In this document: positions 1 to 9,413 of the stretch, in pieces
How positions within the stretch are numbered: the first letter of the stretch is position 1
Layout of the letters: each line of letters opens with the position of its first letter
Source of the DNA: an uncultured Planctomycetia bacterium
Lineage (GTDB): Bacteria; Omnitrophota; Gorgyraeia; Duberdicusellales; Duberdicusellaceae
Assembly: GCA_964634935.1 (NCBI GenBank)
Contig: CAZWJT010000005.1
Coordinates: 71,128-135,127 of the forward strand
Direction of reading: 5' to 3'
DNA: 64,000 bases
Notes under the pieces: model-generated
The model's input: only the letters and a program-made list of their open reading frames with translations
Told to the model about the DNA's origin: nothing
Databases searched by the model: none
Position numbers and translations under genes: made by a program

Positions 1-304
1 TGGCAAACCCCTTCCGGATAGATAATTGCTGCTTGATGCCCGATAAGAGCGGAAGGCGGCTTCAAAAAAATGATAGGGTTACTTGGTATTTTCATTCCTA
101 ACTCCCGGCAATGATCACGATAGTTTAAACCAACCAACACTATTTTTGAAGGAACAACCGGAGGCAAAAAACAACCGGCTTGTATCTTGAGTTTCCTCTT
201 TCCGACTCTTGGATTTCGGAAAATACTACCCGAGATGGAATAGAAATTTTCCCCTTCAACTGCAACATAAAAGACTTTTTGCTGATACAAAACTCTTGCG
301 ATAT

Positions 305-853
305 TCATGCCAGCCTTCTTTTGAGGTAAAATGCAATTCCCAAGGCGCCGAATGCCATACTGATCTCGAAAATAACAAAAATACCACAGAACAACGGCGA
401 AGGCGTCTGAGCTAAATGCATGCTATGTTTTTTAAAAATGACGTACCGTTCTGGTAACTGAACTACGAAATAGAGGAATTTTTCAAAAAGAGGATAGAGT
501 CCGCCAGCAATCGCGAATAATTTCATAGTTCGATAGGATTTTTTCGTTATAAAAAACATGGCACAAAAGTATAGAGCGGCGACAGAAAGCTGCTTCATCC
601 ACCACTTCGTAACGAGAGGAACGGAAACCCTGTAGAGAAAATCGAAGTGCGGCAGTAAATCAACTAATATGTGAAAAACAGCTCCTGACAAAAAAAGCAA
701 AAGTACGGCCAACGGGTACTGCGAGGGAATAAGAAAGAATGTTCGGATTTTCTTATGAGCAAAAATCGCATCACACATAATTGAAGAAATGGCTACATGT
801 CCAAATACATCCATACCGATTACCAGCGGCAACGTGCATAATAGAATAGGCAA
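305..853 (-). CDS. Polytopic membrane protein of unknown function (possibly a DUF457/YdjM-like metal-dependent membrane hydrolase). The true start is probably the internal Met near 814.
   Basis: Hydrophobic ORF with several predicted TM segments and His-containing N-terminus 'MDVFGHVAI'. It overlaps the VanZ-like ORF by 34 nt if the first Met is used. Confidence 0.3.
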   Translation of the reverse strand: MPILLCTLPLVIGMDVFGHVAISSIMCDAIFAHKKIRTFFLIPSQYPLAVLLLFLSGAVFHILVDLLPHFDFLYRVSVPLVTKWWMKQLSVAALYFCAMFFITKKSYRTMKLFAIAGGLYPLFEKFLYFVVQLPERYVIFKKHSMHLAQTPSPLFCGIFVIFEISMAFGALGIAFYLKRRLA

Positions 854-1200
854 CCGACATGCGCCCCAAAAATATCAAATATATAGTCAACAAAATCTGG
901 GTTCCGGTATGGAATAAACCGTTGCAAAAATTCATCGCAAGCGCCCACGCTGACAATATAGAAAAAAGCGTATACATATCCTTTCAAAAATCCACTTTTC
1001 GAAAAAATCCCGGAATAAGATAAAGCTCGGAACAACAAAAATCCCAGCATCCCATACATCGCCATATGAACAATTTTATCAGTATTGAGGGGAACGCTGA
1101 TTCTTCGAAAAGCGCTGCCAGGAATCGAAGATAAAGCAAAAATACAACCTGTCTGGAAAAAAACAGCGACCCAAGGTTTTCGAATTAAGAATTCCACCAT
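820..1200 (-). CDS. VanZ-like family membrane protein
   Basis: Matches the VanZ-like signature in 'DKIVHMAMYGMLGFLLFRAL' and 'DEFLQRFIPYRNPDFVDYIFDIFGAHVG' (D-E-x-Q...R...D...N/D..G..G). At 126 aa it is typical size for the family. Confidence 0.5.
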   Translation of the reverse strand: MVEFLIRKPWVAVFFQTGCIFALSSIPGSAFRRISVPLNTDKIVHMAMYGMLGFLLFRALSYSGIFSKSGFLKGYVYAFFYIVSVGACDEFLQRFIPYRNPDFVDYIFDIFGAHVGCLFYYARCRW

Positions 1201-1535
1201 CGTTTCTGGAATTCGTGGGGAGAATAAACAATGAGGTAGTTATAAAGGTCTTCTTTGACCTTTTCAGGAATTTTAACAAATGAACAGCCGTATTCAAATC
1301 CAAATTCCCTCTTGTTTTTCCAAACAATTTTTGCCAACGCTTCTTCCATGGGTAAATCGGGAAAGAAAAACCGCACATGAATAACTGTTCCTTCAAGTAA
1401 CTCCTTGGAAGAAACTACTTTCATTCCCCGCATACTGATATCCTTGGTCGAAGAGAAAAATACAGCATCACCGCTATCATTCTGGCCTTCAATCTGAACA
1501 GGAACAGAAAATCGAGGAATCTGGCGTTTCTCCAT
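1185..1535 (-). CDS. Stand-alone PilZ domain protein (c-di-GMP binding)
   Basis: Canonical PilZ motifs: 'RQIPR' (RxxxR) followed by 'DISMRG' (DxSxxG) about 25 aa later. It is 116 aa. Confidence 0.6.
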   Translation of the reverse strand: MEKRQIPRFSVPVQIEGQNDSGDAVFFSSTKDISMRGMKVVSSKELLEGTVIHVRFFFPDLPMEEALAKIVWKNKREFGFEYGCSFVKIPEKVKEDLYNYLIVYSPHEFQKRWWNS

Positions 1536-1602
1536 AAAAAAATTCTAACATACTACCCTGAAAATACAACCCAAATTAATTGCCTATTTTAACCACTAAA
1601 AA

Positions 1603-2835
1603 TTGCTTCTTTCTTATTCTCTGTGCTATAATTTCTTTATGCGTGTAAAGAGAATCTTGTTTTTTGCTTTATTTCTCTTATGTTTGTTTTTTCTGCCTGT
1701 AACCTGCATCCTGCAACCCCAAGCCACCTACGCTGTCTGGACACAACAGATTATTGACAGCTCAGTTGATACCCAAAGCATGTCACTCGATATAGATGCA
1801 AATGGTTTTGTACATATTAGCTATATGAGTACATCAGCCAGTGATCTTAAATATGCCTATTTTAACGGCACAGGATGGAATATACAAACATTGGCAAGCA
1901 CGGGGGCTGTCGGCCAATTCAGTTCACTCACATTAAATACTCAAGGGTATGCCCATATCAGTTATTGTGATGCAACCAACGGAGATCTTAAGTATACTTC
2001 CTTTAATGGAACTGGCTGGACAGTCCAAACAATTGATAGCGCGGGCATAGTAGGAACCTCCACCTCGCTTGCGCTTGACGCTCAGGGATATGCTTCGATA
2101 AGTTACAAAGATGTTACCAATAACGATTTTAAATTCGCTTCTTTCAACGGAACCGGGTGGGTGACCCAGACAGTTGACAGCGCGGGAAATGTTGGTTCTG
2201 ATACTTCTCTTGTTCTTAATTCCCAGGGCTATGCCCAAATAAGTTACTGCGATTTCAGCAATGCTAATCTTAAATTCGCTTCTTTCAACGGAACCGGGTG
2301 GGTGACCCAGACAGTTGACAGCGCGGGAAATGTGGGTACATCTACTTCGCTACTCCTTGATGCTCAAGGATATGCCAATATCAGCTACCATGACTTTGGC
2401 AACTATGACCTTAAATTCGCTTCTTTCAATGGAATCGATTGGAACATTCAGGTAGTTGAAAGCACGGGTAGTGTCGGTTATTATTCTTCTCTTGGTTTTG
2501 ACTCCCAAGGATACGCATATATCAGCTATATTGAAACCGTCGACAGCGTATACAATCTCAAACTTGCTCATTACAATGGAGTTGGATGGAGCATAGAAAC
2601 ACTCTATACGCGTTTGGGATTCTATGGAGGATTGCCCGCTGAATCATCGCTGCATATGCTCGGCGACTATGTTTATGTTGCTTACGGCCAATACGGAGGG
2701 GATCTCGCCTATACAACAAATGCTCCAGCAGGATACGTCTCAGAACCCGCAACAGATACGCTCGGGAAAATACTCCTTTTCTACTTACCGTTCTTTGTGG
2801 TATTTCATCGTAGGGGCACCTGGAAAGAAAAATAG
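1603..2835 (+). CDS. Secreted beta-propeller-like repeat protein with a PEP-CTERM-like C-terminal sorting tail. The start is possibly at Met13 (nt 1639).
   Basis: N-terminal signal peptide 'MRVKRILFFALFLLCLFFLP'. About seven tandem ~47-aa repeats of the form 'ISYxDxxNxDLKFASFNGTGWxxQTVDSAGNVGxxTSLxLxxQGYA'. The C-terminus 'SEPATDTLGKILLFYLPFFVVFHRRG' reads as P-E-P-like, then a TM helix, then an Arg cluster. Confidence 0.55.
   Translation: MLLSYSLCYNFFMRVKRILFFALFLLCLFFLPVTCILQPQATYAVWTQQIIDSSVDTQSMSLDIDANGFVHISYMSTSASDLKYAYFNGTGWNIQTLASTGAVGQFSSLTLNTQGYAHISYCDATNGDLKYTSFNGTGWTVQTIDSAGIVGTSTSLALDAQGYASISYKDVTNNDFKFASFNGTGWVTQTVDSAGNVGSDTSLVLNSQGYAQISYCDFSNANLKFASFNGTGWVTQTVDSAGNVGTSTSLLLDAQGYANISYHDFGNYDLKFASFNGIDWNIQVVESTGSVGYYSSLGFDSQGYAYISYIETVDSVYNLKLAHYNGVGWSIETLYTRLGFYGGLPAESSLHMLGDYVYVAYGQYGGDLAYTTNAPAGYVSEPATDTLGKILLFYLPFFVVFHRRGTWKEK
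1790..2560 (+). repeat. Intragenic tandem repeat array, period 141 nt, about 6 to 7 copies. Two copies share an identical 62-nt core (2131..2192 and 2272..2333).
   Basis: Exact identity of 'aaattcgcttctttcaacggaaccgggtgggtgacccagacagttgacagcgcgggaaatgt' at the two positions, read directly from the sequence. Confidence 0.85.
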
Positions 2836-2955
2836 CTCGTGATGATGAGCTGTACTCCTAACGTCTGACTCACGAACTAACCGACAATCTACGTTAGTTT
2901 ATCAAGGAAACAGCCCCATAACGCTACCATAGAGATTCTGGATTGGAGTTGAAAA

Positions 2956-3861
2956 TTAAAACTTAAATTCAACCCCAGCCTTTATTCCAACATCACGTGA
3001 ATTTTTAAAAAGCGAAAGGAATAATTCTTTGTTGACGCTATTCCTCACCAAGCGAAGCTCAAAAGCGGGTTTTGATGATTTTGCTAAATCTAAGGAGAGG
3101 GTAACTGTATGCTTACCAGGAAAAACTTTACTGATTGAAAAAACAATAGAAGTTTTCCGATGTAAATCACGAATAATAAATTCTATTTCTCGGTCATTTT
3201 TTATCTTCCAATTTCCAAACAATCCAATACGCTTTGATTTACCACTCTCACCTTCAAGGCCTAAGGTAAAATAGATCTTTCGATCATCAACACCCAAAAG
3301 ATTGGTTAAACCGGTCTTAAAACATAAAGCGTGCTTGTCTTTTTCAAGCCAATAGCTGATATGGCTTTCTTGAATCTGCCAGAAACCTTGCAGGATAAAA
3401 GAATGAAGGCTTGTTTCTAAGCGCGTGGTTGTCTTTTTTTCGTAGAAGTAGATTATCTGGTTATTCGCATCAAGTTCCCATGTTCCCTTGAAGAAAAGCT
3501 TATCCGTTTTTTGGTGTTCGCGTTTAACTTCAAAGCAAAAATATTTTTCTTCAAAAACCTGCCAGCGTCCTTTGAGAATAATCCGTCCGATTTTCCGAAA
3601 GAGAGGCGTTGTGCGCTCGAGAAGTTCAAAACACAGCACATTGCTTTTGGCCTTAGTGATCTGTGTAGAAAACGAAATGGTCTTGCCAAAAAGTTGGTTA
3701 TAAGAATGAGCTACTACAAAAATGAGATTAGATGATGAATCTATTTTCCAGATGCCGTTGATTTTCAACAAGTGAGGAATCTGCTCCGAGGGGATAAGCG
3801 GATGAAAGAAAAGGTTATTACCTTCTACGGTAAAAATCCCTTGGGGAAGTTGTTTCGCCAA
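2956..3861 (-). CDS. Hypothetical protein with five internal ~40-aa repeats centred on a G-x-W motif. It is co-directional with, and immediately downstream of, the cimA-lysC genes.
   Basis: The 301-aa ORF starts 4 nt after the cimA stop. Repeated 'INGIWKID / LKGRWQVF / FKGTWELD / LQGFWQIQ / LFGNWKIK' motifs occur. It ends in '...VEFKF' but has no N-terminal signal peptide. Confidence 0.4.
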   Translation of the reverse strand: MAKQLPQGIFTVEGNNLFFHPLIPSEQIPHLLKINGIWKIDSSSNLIFVVAHSYNQLFGKTISFSTQITKAKSNVLCFELLERTTPLFRKIGRIILKGRWQVFEEKYFCFEVKREHQKTDKLFFKGTWELDANNQIIYFYEKKTTTRLETSLHSFILQGFWQIQESHISYWLEKDKHALCFKTGLTNLLGVDDRKIYFTLGLEGESGKSKRIGLFGNWKIKNDREIEFIIRDLHRKTSIVFSISKVFPGKHTVTLSLDLAKSSKPAFELRLVRNSVNKELFLSLFKNSRDVGIKAGVEFKF

Positions 3862-3864
3862 TAC

Positions 3865-5445
3865 TTAAAGTGGTTTTTTCTTGCTTTCCTTAAGAAGTTT
3901 ATATTCGACAGAGTCAAGAAGAGCCTGCCAGGAAGCTTCAATGATATTTTCAGAAACCCCGACCGTTGACCAAACCTCGTTGTTATCCTGAGACTCAATA
4001 AGAACCCTTACCTTGGTAGCTGTTCCGCCTTTTTCTTCCAGCACGCGTACTTTAAAGTCAGTCAGGTGCATTTCGTTAATCACCGGGTATTCATTCTGCA
4101 GAGACTTGCGAAGTGTATTGTCCAAGGCATTCACCGGACCATCTCCTTCGGCAACAGTATAGCGTAATTTTCCTGCAATGCGCAGTTTCAGAGTAGCCTC
4201 ACACAAAAGACGCCCGTCTTCACGCTTTTCAACAATAACCCGGAATCCAAGAAAAGTAAAGAATCTTTTGTGTTTTTTTACATTGCGCTGGATAATCAGC
4301 TTCAGCGACCCTTCAGCCGCTTCAAACTGATACCCATTCCGCTCAAGTTCTTGAACAATTTTATGAATCTTACCGACCTTTGCCGATGTCTTATCAAGCA
4401 GAAGATTAAGGTCTTTGGCCATCATCACAATCGAAGTCTTCCCGGAAACTTCCGATGTCAAAATCCTACGCTTATTGCCGACACGCTTCGGATCAACATG
4501 TTCATAGGCAACCGGGTTCTTTAAAACCGCGTTAATATGCACCCCTCCCTTATGGGCGAAGGCGCTTCTGCCAACATAGGGAAAATTATCCTGATGTTTT
4601 AAGTTACTGATCTCACTGATAAACAGAGAAAGCTCAGTTAATTCCTCCATTTGCTTTGCCGAAATATGCTCATACCCCATTTTCAGTTTTAAATTTGCGA
4701 GAATCGGGATTAAATTCGCGTTGCCGCAACGCTCCCCGTATCCGTTCATTGTACCCTGCACATATACACAGCCTGCCCGTACTGCTTCGAGAGAATTCGC
4801 GACTGCAAGCCCAGTGTCATTGTGGGCGTGAATACCCAAGGGGATTTGCAATACTTCTTGGGCTTTCTGAACAGCCGAAAGAATCTGCCAAGGCATCATC
4901 CCGCCATTCGTATCACAAAAAATAACGGCGTCTGCCCCTGCCTTCTGGGCTGCGGCTATAGTCTTCAACGCATACTCTTGATTCTGAAAAAACCCCTCAA
5001 AAAAATGTTCTGCATCATAAAAAACTTTTCTGCCTTTTTTCTTAAGAAAAGCAATGCTTTCATCAATCATCCTAAGATTTTCTTCGAGAGTCGTCCGCAA
5101 AACATCCTTCACCTGCAGATCCCATGTTTTGCCGAAAAGAGTGATAGACCCAGCCCCTGAAGCCAGAAGACTTAAAAGGTTTTTATCCTGCTCTGGTTTT
5201 ACCCCCGGGTACCTGGTTGAGCCAAAAGCCACAAATTCTGCATGCTTGAGCGGATGTTTCTTGAAATAAGAGAAAAGTTCTTTATCCTTTGGGTTTGAAT
5301 ACGGCCATCCTCCTTCAATAAAATCAATACCGAAATTGTCCAGCTTCTTGGCAATACGGATTTTATCCTCCAAAGAATAGGAAATCCCTTCCGATTGAGC
5401 TCCATCCCGGAGCGTTGTATCATAGAAATAAACCGTTTTCTTCAT
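3865..5445 (-). CDS. cimA: Citramalate synthase / 2-isopropylmalate synthase, long-form LeuA-2 (CimA-type) family. The start is at the internal Met 'MKKTVYFYDTTLRDG'.
   Basis: HMGL-like TIM-barrel motifs 'DTTLRDGAQ' and 'HAHNDTGLAVANSLEAVRAGC'. The ~527-aa length with a C-terminal regulatory domain is typical of the CimA/LeuA-2 group. The first 28 codons of the ORF probably precede the real start. Confidence 0.65.
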   Translation of the reverse strand: MKKTVYFYDTTLRDGAQSEGISYSLEDKIRIAKKLDNFGIDFIEGGWPYSNPKDKELFSYFKKHPLKHAEFVAFGSTRYPGVKPEQDKNLLSLLASGAGSITLFGKTWDLQVKDVLRTTLEENLRMIDESIAFLKKKGRKVFYDAEHFFEGFFQNQEYALKTIAAAQKAGADAVIFCDTNGGMMPWQILSAVQKAQEVLQIPLGIHAHNDTGLAVANSLEAVRAGCVYVQGTMNGYGERCGNANLIPILANLKLKMGYEHISAKQMEELTELSLFISEISNLKHQDNFPYVGRSAFAHKGGVHINAVLKNPVAYEHVDPKRVGNKRRILTSEVSGKTSIVMMAKDLNLLLDKTSAKVGKIHKIVQELERNGYQFEAAEGSLKLIIQRNVKKHKRFFTFLGFRVIVEKREDGRLLCEATLKLRIAGKLRYTVAEGDGPVNALDNTLRKSLQNEYPVINEMHLTDFKVRVLEEKGGTATKVRVLIESQDNNEVWSTVGVSENIIEASWQALLDSVEYKLLKESKKKPL

Positions 5446-5450
5446 GCGCC

Positions 5451-6680
5451 CTATGCTTTTTCGGAAAGATTGAATTCTTTGTGCAAAGCTTGGATTGCAC
5501 GCCGACCATCGGATTTCTTGACGATACAAGAAATACTGATTTCTGAAGTAGAAATCATTTCGATATTAATCTGGTGCTCAAAAAACACCTTAAATACCTT
5601 AGCGGCAACCCCCGGATGCGATTTCATCCCAACTCCCACCACGGAAACTTTAGCGATATCTTGATCGCTCAAAATTTCTGCTGCGCCGATTTTTTTGGAA
5701 ACTTTCCGCATAATTCCTATGGCTTTTTTGAAAGCCGTCTTTTCCACGGTAAAAGAAACATCTGTGGTGCGTTCTTTGCTGACATTTTGGACGATGATAT
5801 CAACGTTTATTGCATTCGAAGCAAGTTCCTTAAAAATATTTGCTGCCATGCCAGGCTTATCGGGAACATTGCAAATTGTGACTTTTGCCTCATTTTCAGT
5901 CAAAGCAAGACCCCGGACTAAAGGATCTTCCAGTGATGGTTTTCTATCCATAATAAGCGTGCCCTCCTTTTTCGTTAAACTTGATCTTACCTCCAATGGT
6001 ACATTATATTTTTTGGCAAATTCAATCGAACGGGTCTGCATCACTTGCGCCCCTAAAGATGCCATCTCAAGCATTTCGTCAAAGCTAATAAGCAGTAGTT
6101 TGCGGGCATCCTTCACGATACGCGGGTCAGCTGTATAAATCCCGTCCACATCGGTATAGATATGGCATGCCTTTGCTTTTAAGGCGTAAGCAAGCGCCAC
6201 TGCCGATAAATCAGAACCACCTCTTCCTAAAGTCGAAATATCGTTGTTTTCAGTGATCCCCTGAAACCCCGTAACCACAACAATTTTTCTCCGGCGCACT
6301 GCCTCTTCAATACGATGAGCATCGATCGCTTTAATCCTTGCTTTTGTGTGAACGGCATCGGTCAGGATACCGACTTGCTGTCCGGTGAAAGAAATCGCTG
6401 AAACCTTTTTCGCTTGTAAGGCGAGCGTTAAGAGTGCAGACGATACTTGTTCCCCGGTGGAGATAAGCATGTCGATTTCCCGTTCGGCTGGACGCGCATT
6501 GACCTGTTCGGCAAGCACTAAAAGATCGTCCGTCGTATCTCCCATCGCCGAAACAACCACAACAGGCGCAAGTCCTGCCTTCTGATACCCCAGAGTAATA
6601 TCTGCGGCGTTACGAATCCGCTCCACATTCGCGACAGAAGAACCGCCAAATTTCAGCACAATAATCTCGTTTTTTGCCAT
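5451..6680 (-). CDS. lysC: Aspartate kinase
   Basis: 'IVLKFGGSSVANVERI' N-terminal kinase motif, 'VVVVSAMGDTTDDL', and C-terminal ACT domains. It is 409 aa. Confidence 0.9.
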   Translation of the reverse strand: MAKNEIIVLKFGGSSVANVERIRNAADITLGYQKAGLAPVVVVSAMGDTTDDLLVLAEQVNARPAEREIDMLISTGEQVSSALLTLALQAKKVSAISFTGQQVGILTDAVHTKARIKAIDAHRIEEAVRRRKIVVVTGFQGITENNDISTLGRGGSDLSAVALAYALKAKACHIYTDVDGIYTADPRIVKDARKLLLISFDEMLEMASLGAQVMQTRSIEFAKKYNVPLEVRSSLTKKEGTLIMDRKPSLEDPLVRGLALTENEAKVTICNVPDKPGMAANIFKELASNAINVDIIVQNVSKERTTDVSFTVEKTAFKKAIGIMRKVSKKIGAAEILSDQDIAKVSVVGVGMKSHPGVAAKVFKVFFEHQINIEMISTSEISISCIVKKSDGRRAIQALHKEFNLSEKA

Positions 6681-6731
6681 CGTTAATCCCTTTTTGTCCT
6701 TACAAACACGATACCTATACTATGAGAACCC

Positions 6732-7937
6732 TTATGGAGTATTGCCATACTTTATAAAATAGCTCATAAGCTGAGTCGCATCTTCAAAAAACAGATTACT
6801 CTGAGCCGCATCTTCCTCCGAAAATCTGCCAGACAAAGATTTTGGGATTCCCGCGCCGGCCATTAGAAATGGAACAGGCTCAGAAGTATGAGTCCCCACG
6901 GATACGGGAGTAAAGTGATCGGGAACTACCAGGATACGAGTATCAGCAAGATCAATCTTATTCAGGATAGTTCCCACTACAAGCTTGTCGATCCGCTCAA
7001 GACAGGCGATTTTCATCCGTAAATCCTTATTGTGTCCTGCTTCATCTGTGGCTTCGATATGCACATACACAAAATCCACTTCTTCCAAGGCAGCAAGCGC
7101 AGCCTGAGCCTTTCCGAGATAATTCGTATCGTAATACCCAGTCGCATTTTCCACTGAAAGAACCCTAAACCCAATGGTTTTCCCCAGCCCCTTAATCAAA
7201 TCAACTGCTGAGATTACCGCACCGTCAATGCCGAATTTGCTCTGGAAAGTTTCCATTTTTGACTGAACACCCTGCCCCCATAGCCAAATCATGTTTGCCG
7301 GGTTCTCGTGTAAATCCACTCGAACCGTATTAATTTCATTCTTTGCCAAGACAGAACGGGAACGTTCCATAAGATCAATGATAAACTGGGAACCTTTGCC
7401 TGAAGGTAAATTTTTCTTAACCAACTGTCCGGTAATATCGTGAGGAGGAAAACACTTCAAAGTATCAAGTTTTTTCTCAACACCGCCTTTTACGACGACT
7501 AAATGCCGGTAACTCACCCCGGGATAAAACTTTACCTCTTCTGTCCCAAGCTGAATATCAAGATTCTGAATCAAGATGCCGGCTTCCTTGGTGGAAATAT
7601 GCCCGGCACTGTAGTCAAAAACCTTCCCGTCAACTTCCGTAATCAAATTACACCTGAAAGCGACATCACCCTGAGCCAGAGTAATCCCCATATTTGCTGC
7701 CTCAAGCGGCGCTCTCCCTGTATAGTGCGTGCGCGGATCATATCCAAGGATCGAAAGATTCGCAACATCGCTTGCCGGAGAAAATCCCTTAGGCACCGTT
7801 AATACCCTTCCAATAACTCCCTGAGAAGTGAGCGCGTGGATATTGACTAAATCGGCTACTTCAAAAGGAGTTTTTCCTCCCAGGCTCTCCTGAGGGTAAT
7901 CTGCCGCCCCGTCTGGAACAATAACGATATATTTCAT
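6732..7937 (-). CDS. Cofactor-independent phosphoglycerate mutase (ApgM/archaeal-type) family protein. Gene context suggests the non-orthologous homoserine kinase role. The start is at the internal Met 'MKYIVIVPDGAADYP'.
   Basis: 'IVIVPDGAADYP' metal-binding N-terminus and 'HIEATDEAGH' motif, characteristic of the ApgM/alkaline-phosphatase superfamily. It sits directly upstream of lysC in the same orientation. Confidence 0.6.
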   Translation of the reverse strand: MKYIVIVPDGAADYPQESLGGKTPFEVADLVNIHALTSQGVIGRVLTVPKGFSPASDVANLSILGYDPRTHYTGRAPLEAANMGITLAQGDVAFRCNLITEVDGKVFDYSAGHISTKEAGILIQNLDIQLGTEEVKFYPGVSYRHLVVVKGGVEKKLDTLKCFPPHDITGQLVKKNLPSGKGSQFIIDLMERSRSVLAKNEINTVRVDLHENPANMIWLWGQGVQSKMETFQSKFGIDGAVISAVDLIKGLGKTIGFRVLSVENATGYYDTNYLGKAQAALAALEEVDFVYVHIEATDEAGHNKDLRMKIACLERIDKLVVGTILNKIDLADTRILVVPDHFTPVSVGTHTSEPVPFLMAGAGIPKSLSGRFSEEDAAQSNLFFEDATQLMSYFIKYGNTP

Positions 7938-8034
7938 ATCTTTCTCGATAAACCTCTTTAAAATATAATAACTATAGCACAAAATTGTGCGTTGTTAAGT
8001 GAAAAATTTAACCTTGCAGAACAAGCTTTGAAGG

Positions 8035-8691
8035 TTATTTTTTTTGAAAAGCACTTTCTATTTTCCTGCGCAAAACCCGGCTATTGGGATACCCGTATTT
8101 CTCTGCTTGAATGATATCATCCAAGGCTCTTGAAAAATTTTCTTCAGTAAAAAAAACAAGGGCTCTCCCGTACCAGGCAGCGGAAAATTCTGGATTGAGT
8201 AACAAAGCTCTGTTGAAATCACTCAGCGCGCTACGGAAATCCTTCTGGTCAAAATACACTAACCCCCGATTATAGGAAACTACGGCGTCTTGAGGATCCA
8301 ACAGCAAAGCATTTGTATAATCAGAAATCGCCGCATCAAAGTTTTTCTTGGCGTGATAAGCAAGACCCCGATTAATAAAAGACTGGGGATGCCGAGGGTT
8401 CAACTTCAAAGAAAAAGTATAGTCAGCGATTGCTTTATCAATCTCGTTTTTCTTATAATAGGCGAGCCCTCGGTTATAGTATGTATAGAAATATCCTGGA
8501 TTGAGTTCAATCGCTTTACTGAACTCGTCGATCGCCTGGTTATATTGCGCTTTGGAAAGATAACGATGGGCACGTTTATATGCTTCGTAGCCTTGGTTTG
8601 GAAAACATCCGTGGAGGAAAAAAGATAAAGCCAAAAACATAGAACATAAATACCTCGTTTGAGCTATATAGTTTCGCCCATGCATACCCAT
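8035..8691 (-). CDS. TPR-repeat lipoprotein
   Basis: Signal peptide with lipobox 'FLHGC'. It contains five to six canonical 34-aa TPR units ('AIxxYxxAIxLNPxxxxAYxNRG'). Confidence 0.7.
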   Translation of the reverse strand: MGMHGRNYIAQTRYLCSMFLALSFFLHGCFPNQGYEAYKRAHRYLSKAQYNQAIDEFSKAIELNPGYFYTYYNRGLAYYKKNEIDKAIADYTFSLKLNPRHPQSFINRGLAYHAKKNFDAAISDYTNALLLDPQDAVVSYNRGLVYFDQKDFRSALSDFNRALLLNPEFSAAWYGRALVFFTEENFSRALDDIIQAEKYGYPNSRVLRRKIESAFQKK

Positions 8692-8774
8692 AAGGGAAAA
8701 TTTTCAATGCGCATCAAAAAGCCGATTCTGGAATGATAAGAATACCAACAAAAATTTCCCATTGCCTTATTCGC

Positions 8775-9413
8775 TTAAGAACCTTGAAACAACCTAAAAA
8801 GCAGACTGATACCCAATAGGATAAATCCTTGAATAAAATCAATAATCGGATCTAACGTGCGGGTAAGAAGTAAAACGATCAGGATAAAAAATCCATATGG
8901 TTCCAGAAGTGCCAGCTGCATTTGGGCCCGGTAAGGCAAAACCCCCATGAGAATCTTTGAGCCATCGAGCGGAGGAATAGGAATCAAATTAAAAGCACCG
9001 AGAATAATATTGATCCGCACCACAATCAATAAAGCCGTATACAAAAAACTATTTTCATAAACCGAGGGAAATTGAATAAAAAAAAGGGCAAAAGTCGCAA
9101 GTAGAATATTCGCGCAACAGCCAGCAAGCGACACACAAATTACCCCGGCACGCCCGTGCCGCAGGTATGAATAATTTACCGGAACTGGTTTTGCCCATCC
9201 AAAGCCCGCAAAAAGGAGCATAAGCGCTCCGATAGGATCAAGGTGGAGTCGTGGATCGAGTGAAAGCCTTCCTGAAACTCTTGCGGTATTGTCCCCGAAA
9301 AGAGACGCTACCCACCCATGAGCGACTTCATGGATAATAATTGAATAAAGTAAAAGTCCGGCAAGCAAAAGAAACATTATCGGATCGCGGAAAAGGATGT
9401 CAATCAAACCCAT
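8775..9413 (-). CDS. Site-2 protease family (M50) intramembrane metalloprotease
   Basis: The 'HEVAHGWVA' HExxH motif lies in TM1 and 'LIPIPPLDGSKIL' is the LDG motif. It is a polytopic membrane protein of 212 aa. Confidence 0.75.
   Translation of the reverse strand: MGLIDILFRDPIMFLLLAGLLLYSIIIHEVAHGWVASLFGDNTARVSGRLSLDPRLHLDPIGALMLLFAGFGWAKPVPVNYSYLRHGRAGVICVSLAGCCANILLATFALFFIQFPSVYENSFLYTALLIVVRINIILGAFNLIPIPPLDGSKILMGVLPYRAQMQLALLEPYGFFILIVLLLTRTLDPIIDFIQGFILLGISLLFRLFQGS

Noticed and set aside
305-1200. Possible frameshifted single gene spanning ORFs 305..853, 771..977 and 820..1200
   Set aside because: The 820..1200 ORF is a complete VanZ-like domain of normal size, and the 305..853 ORF has its own plausible internal start. 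Two separate small membrane proteins is the simpler reading, and the 771..977 ORF is an overlap artefact.
2858-2897. Inverted repeat ctaacgt(26 nt)acgttag in the convergent intergenic region
   Set aside because: It has a 7-bp stem with a 26-nt loop and no flanking U-run, so it is not convincing as a terminator.
5574-6138. Plus-strand ORFs of 115 and 147 aa antisense to lysC
   Set aside because: They lie fully inside a strongly supported aspartate kinase gene and have no motifs.
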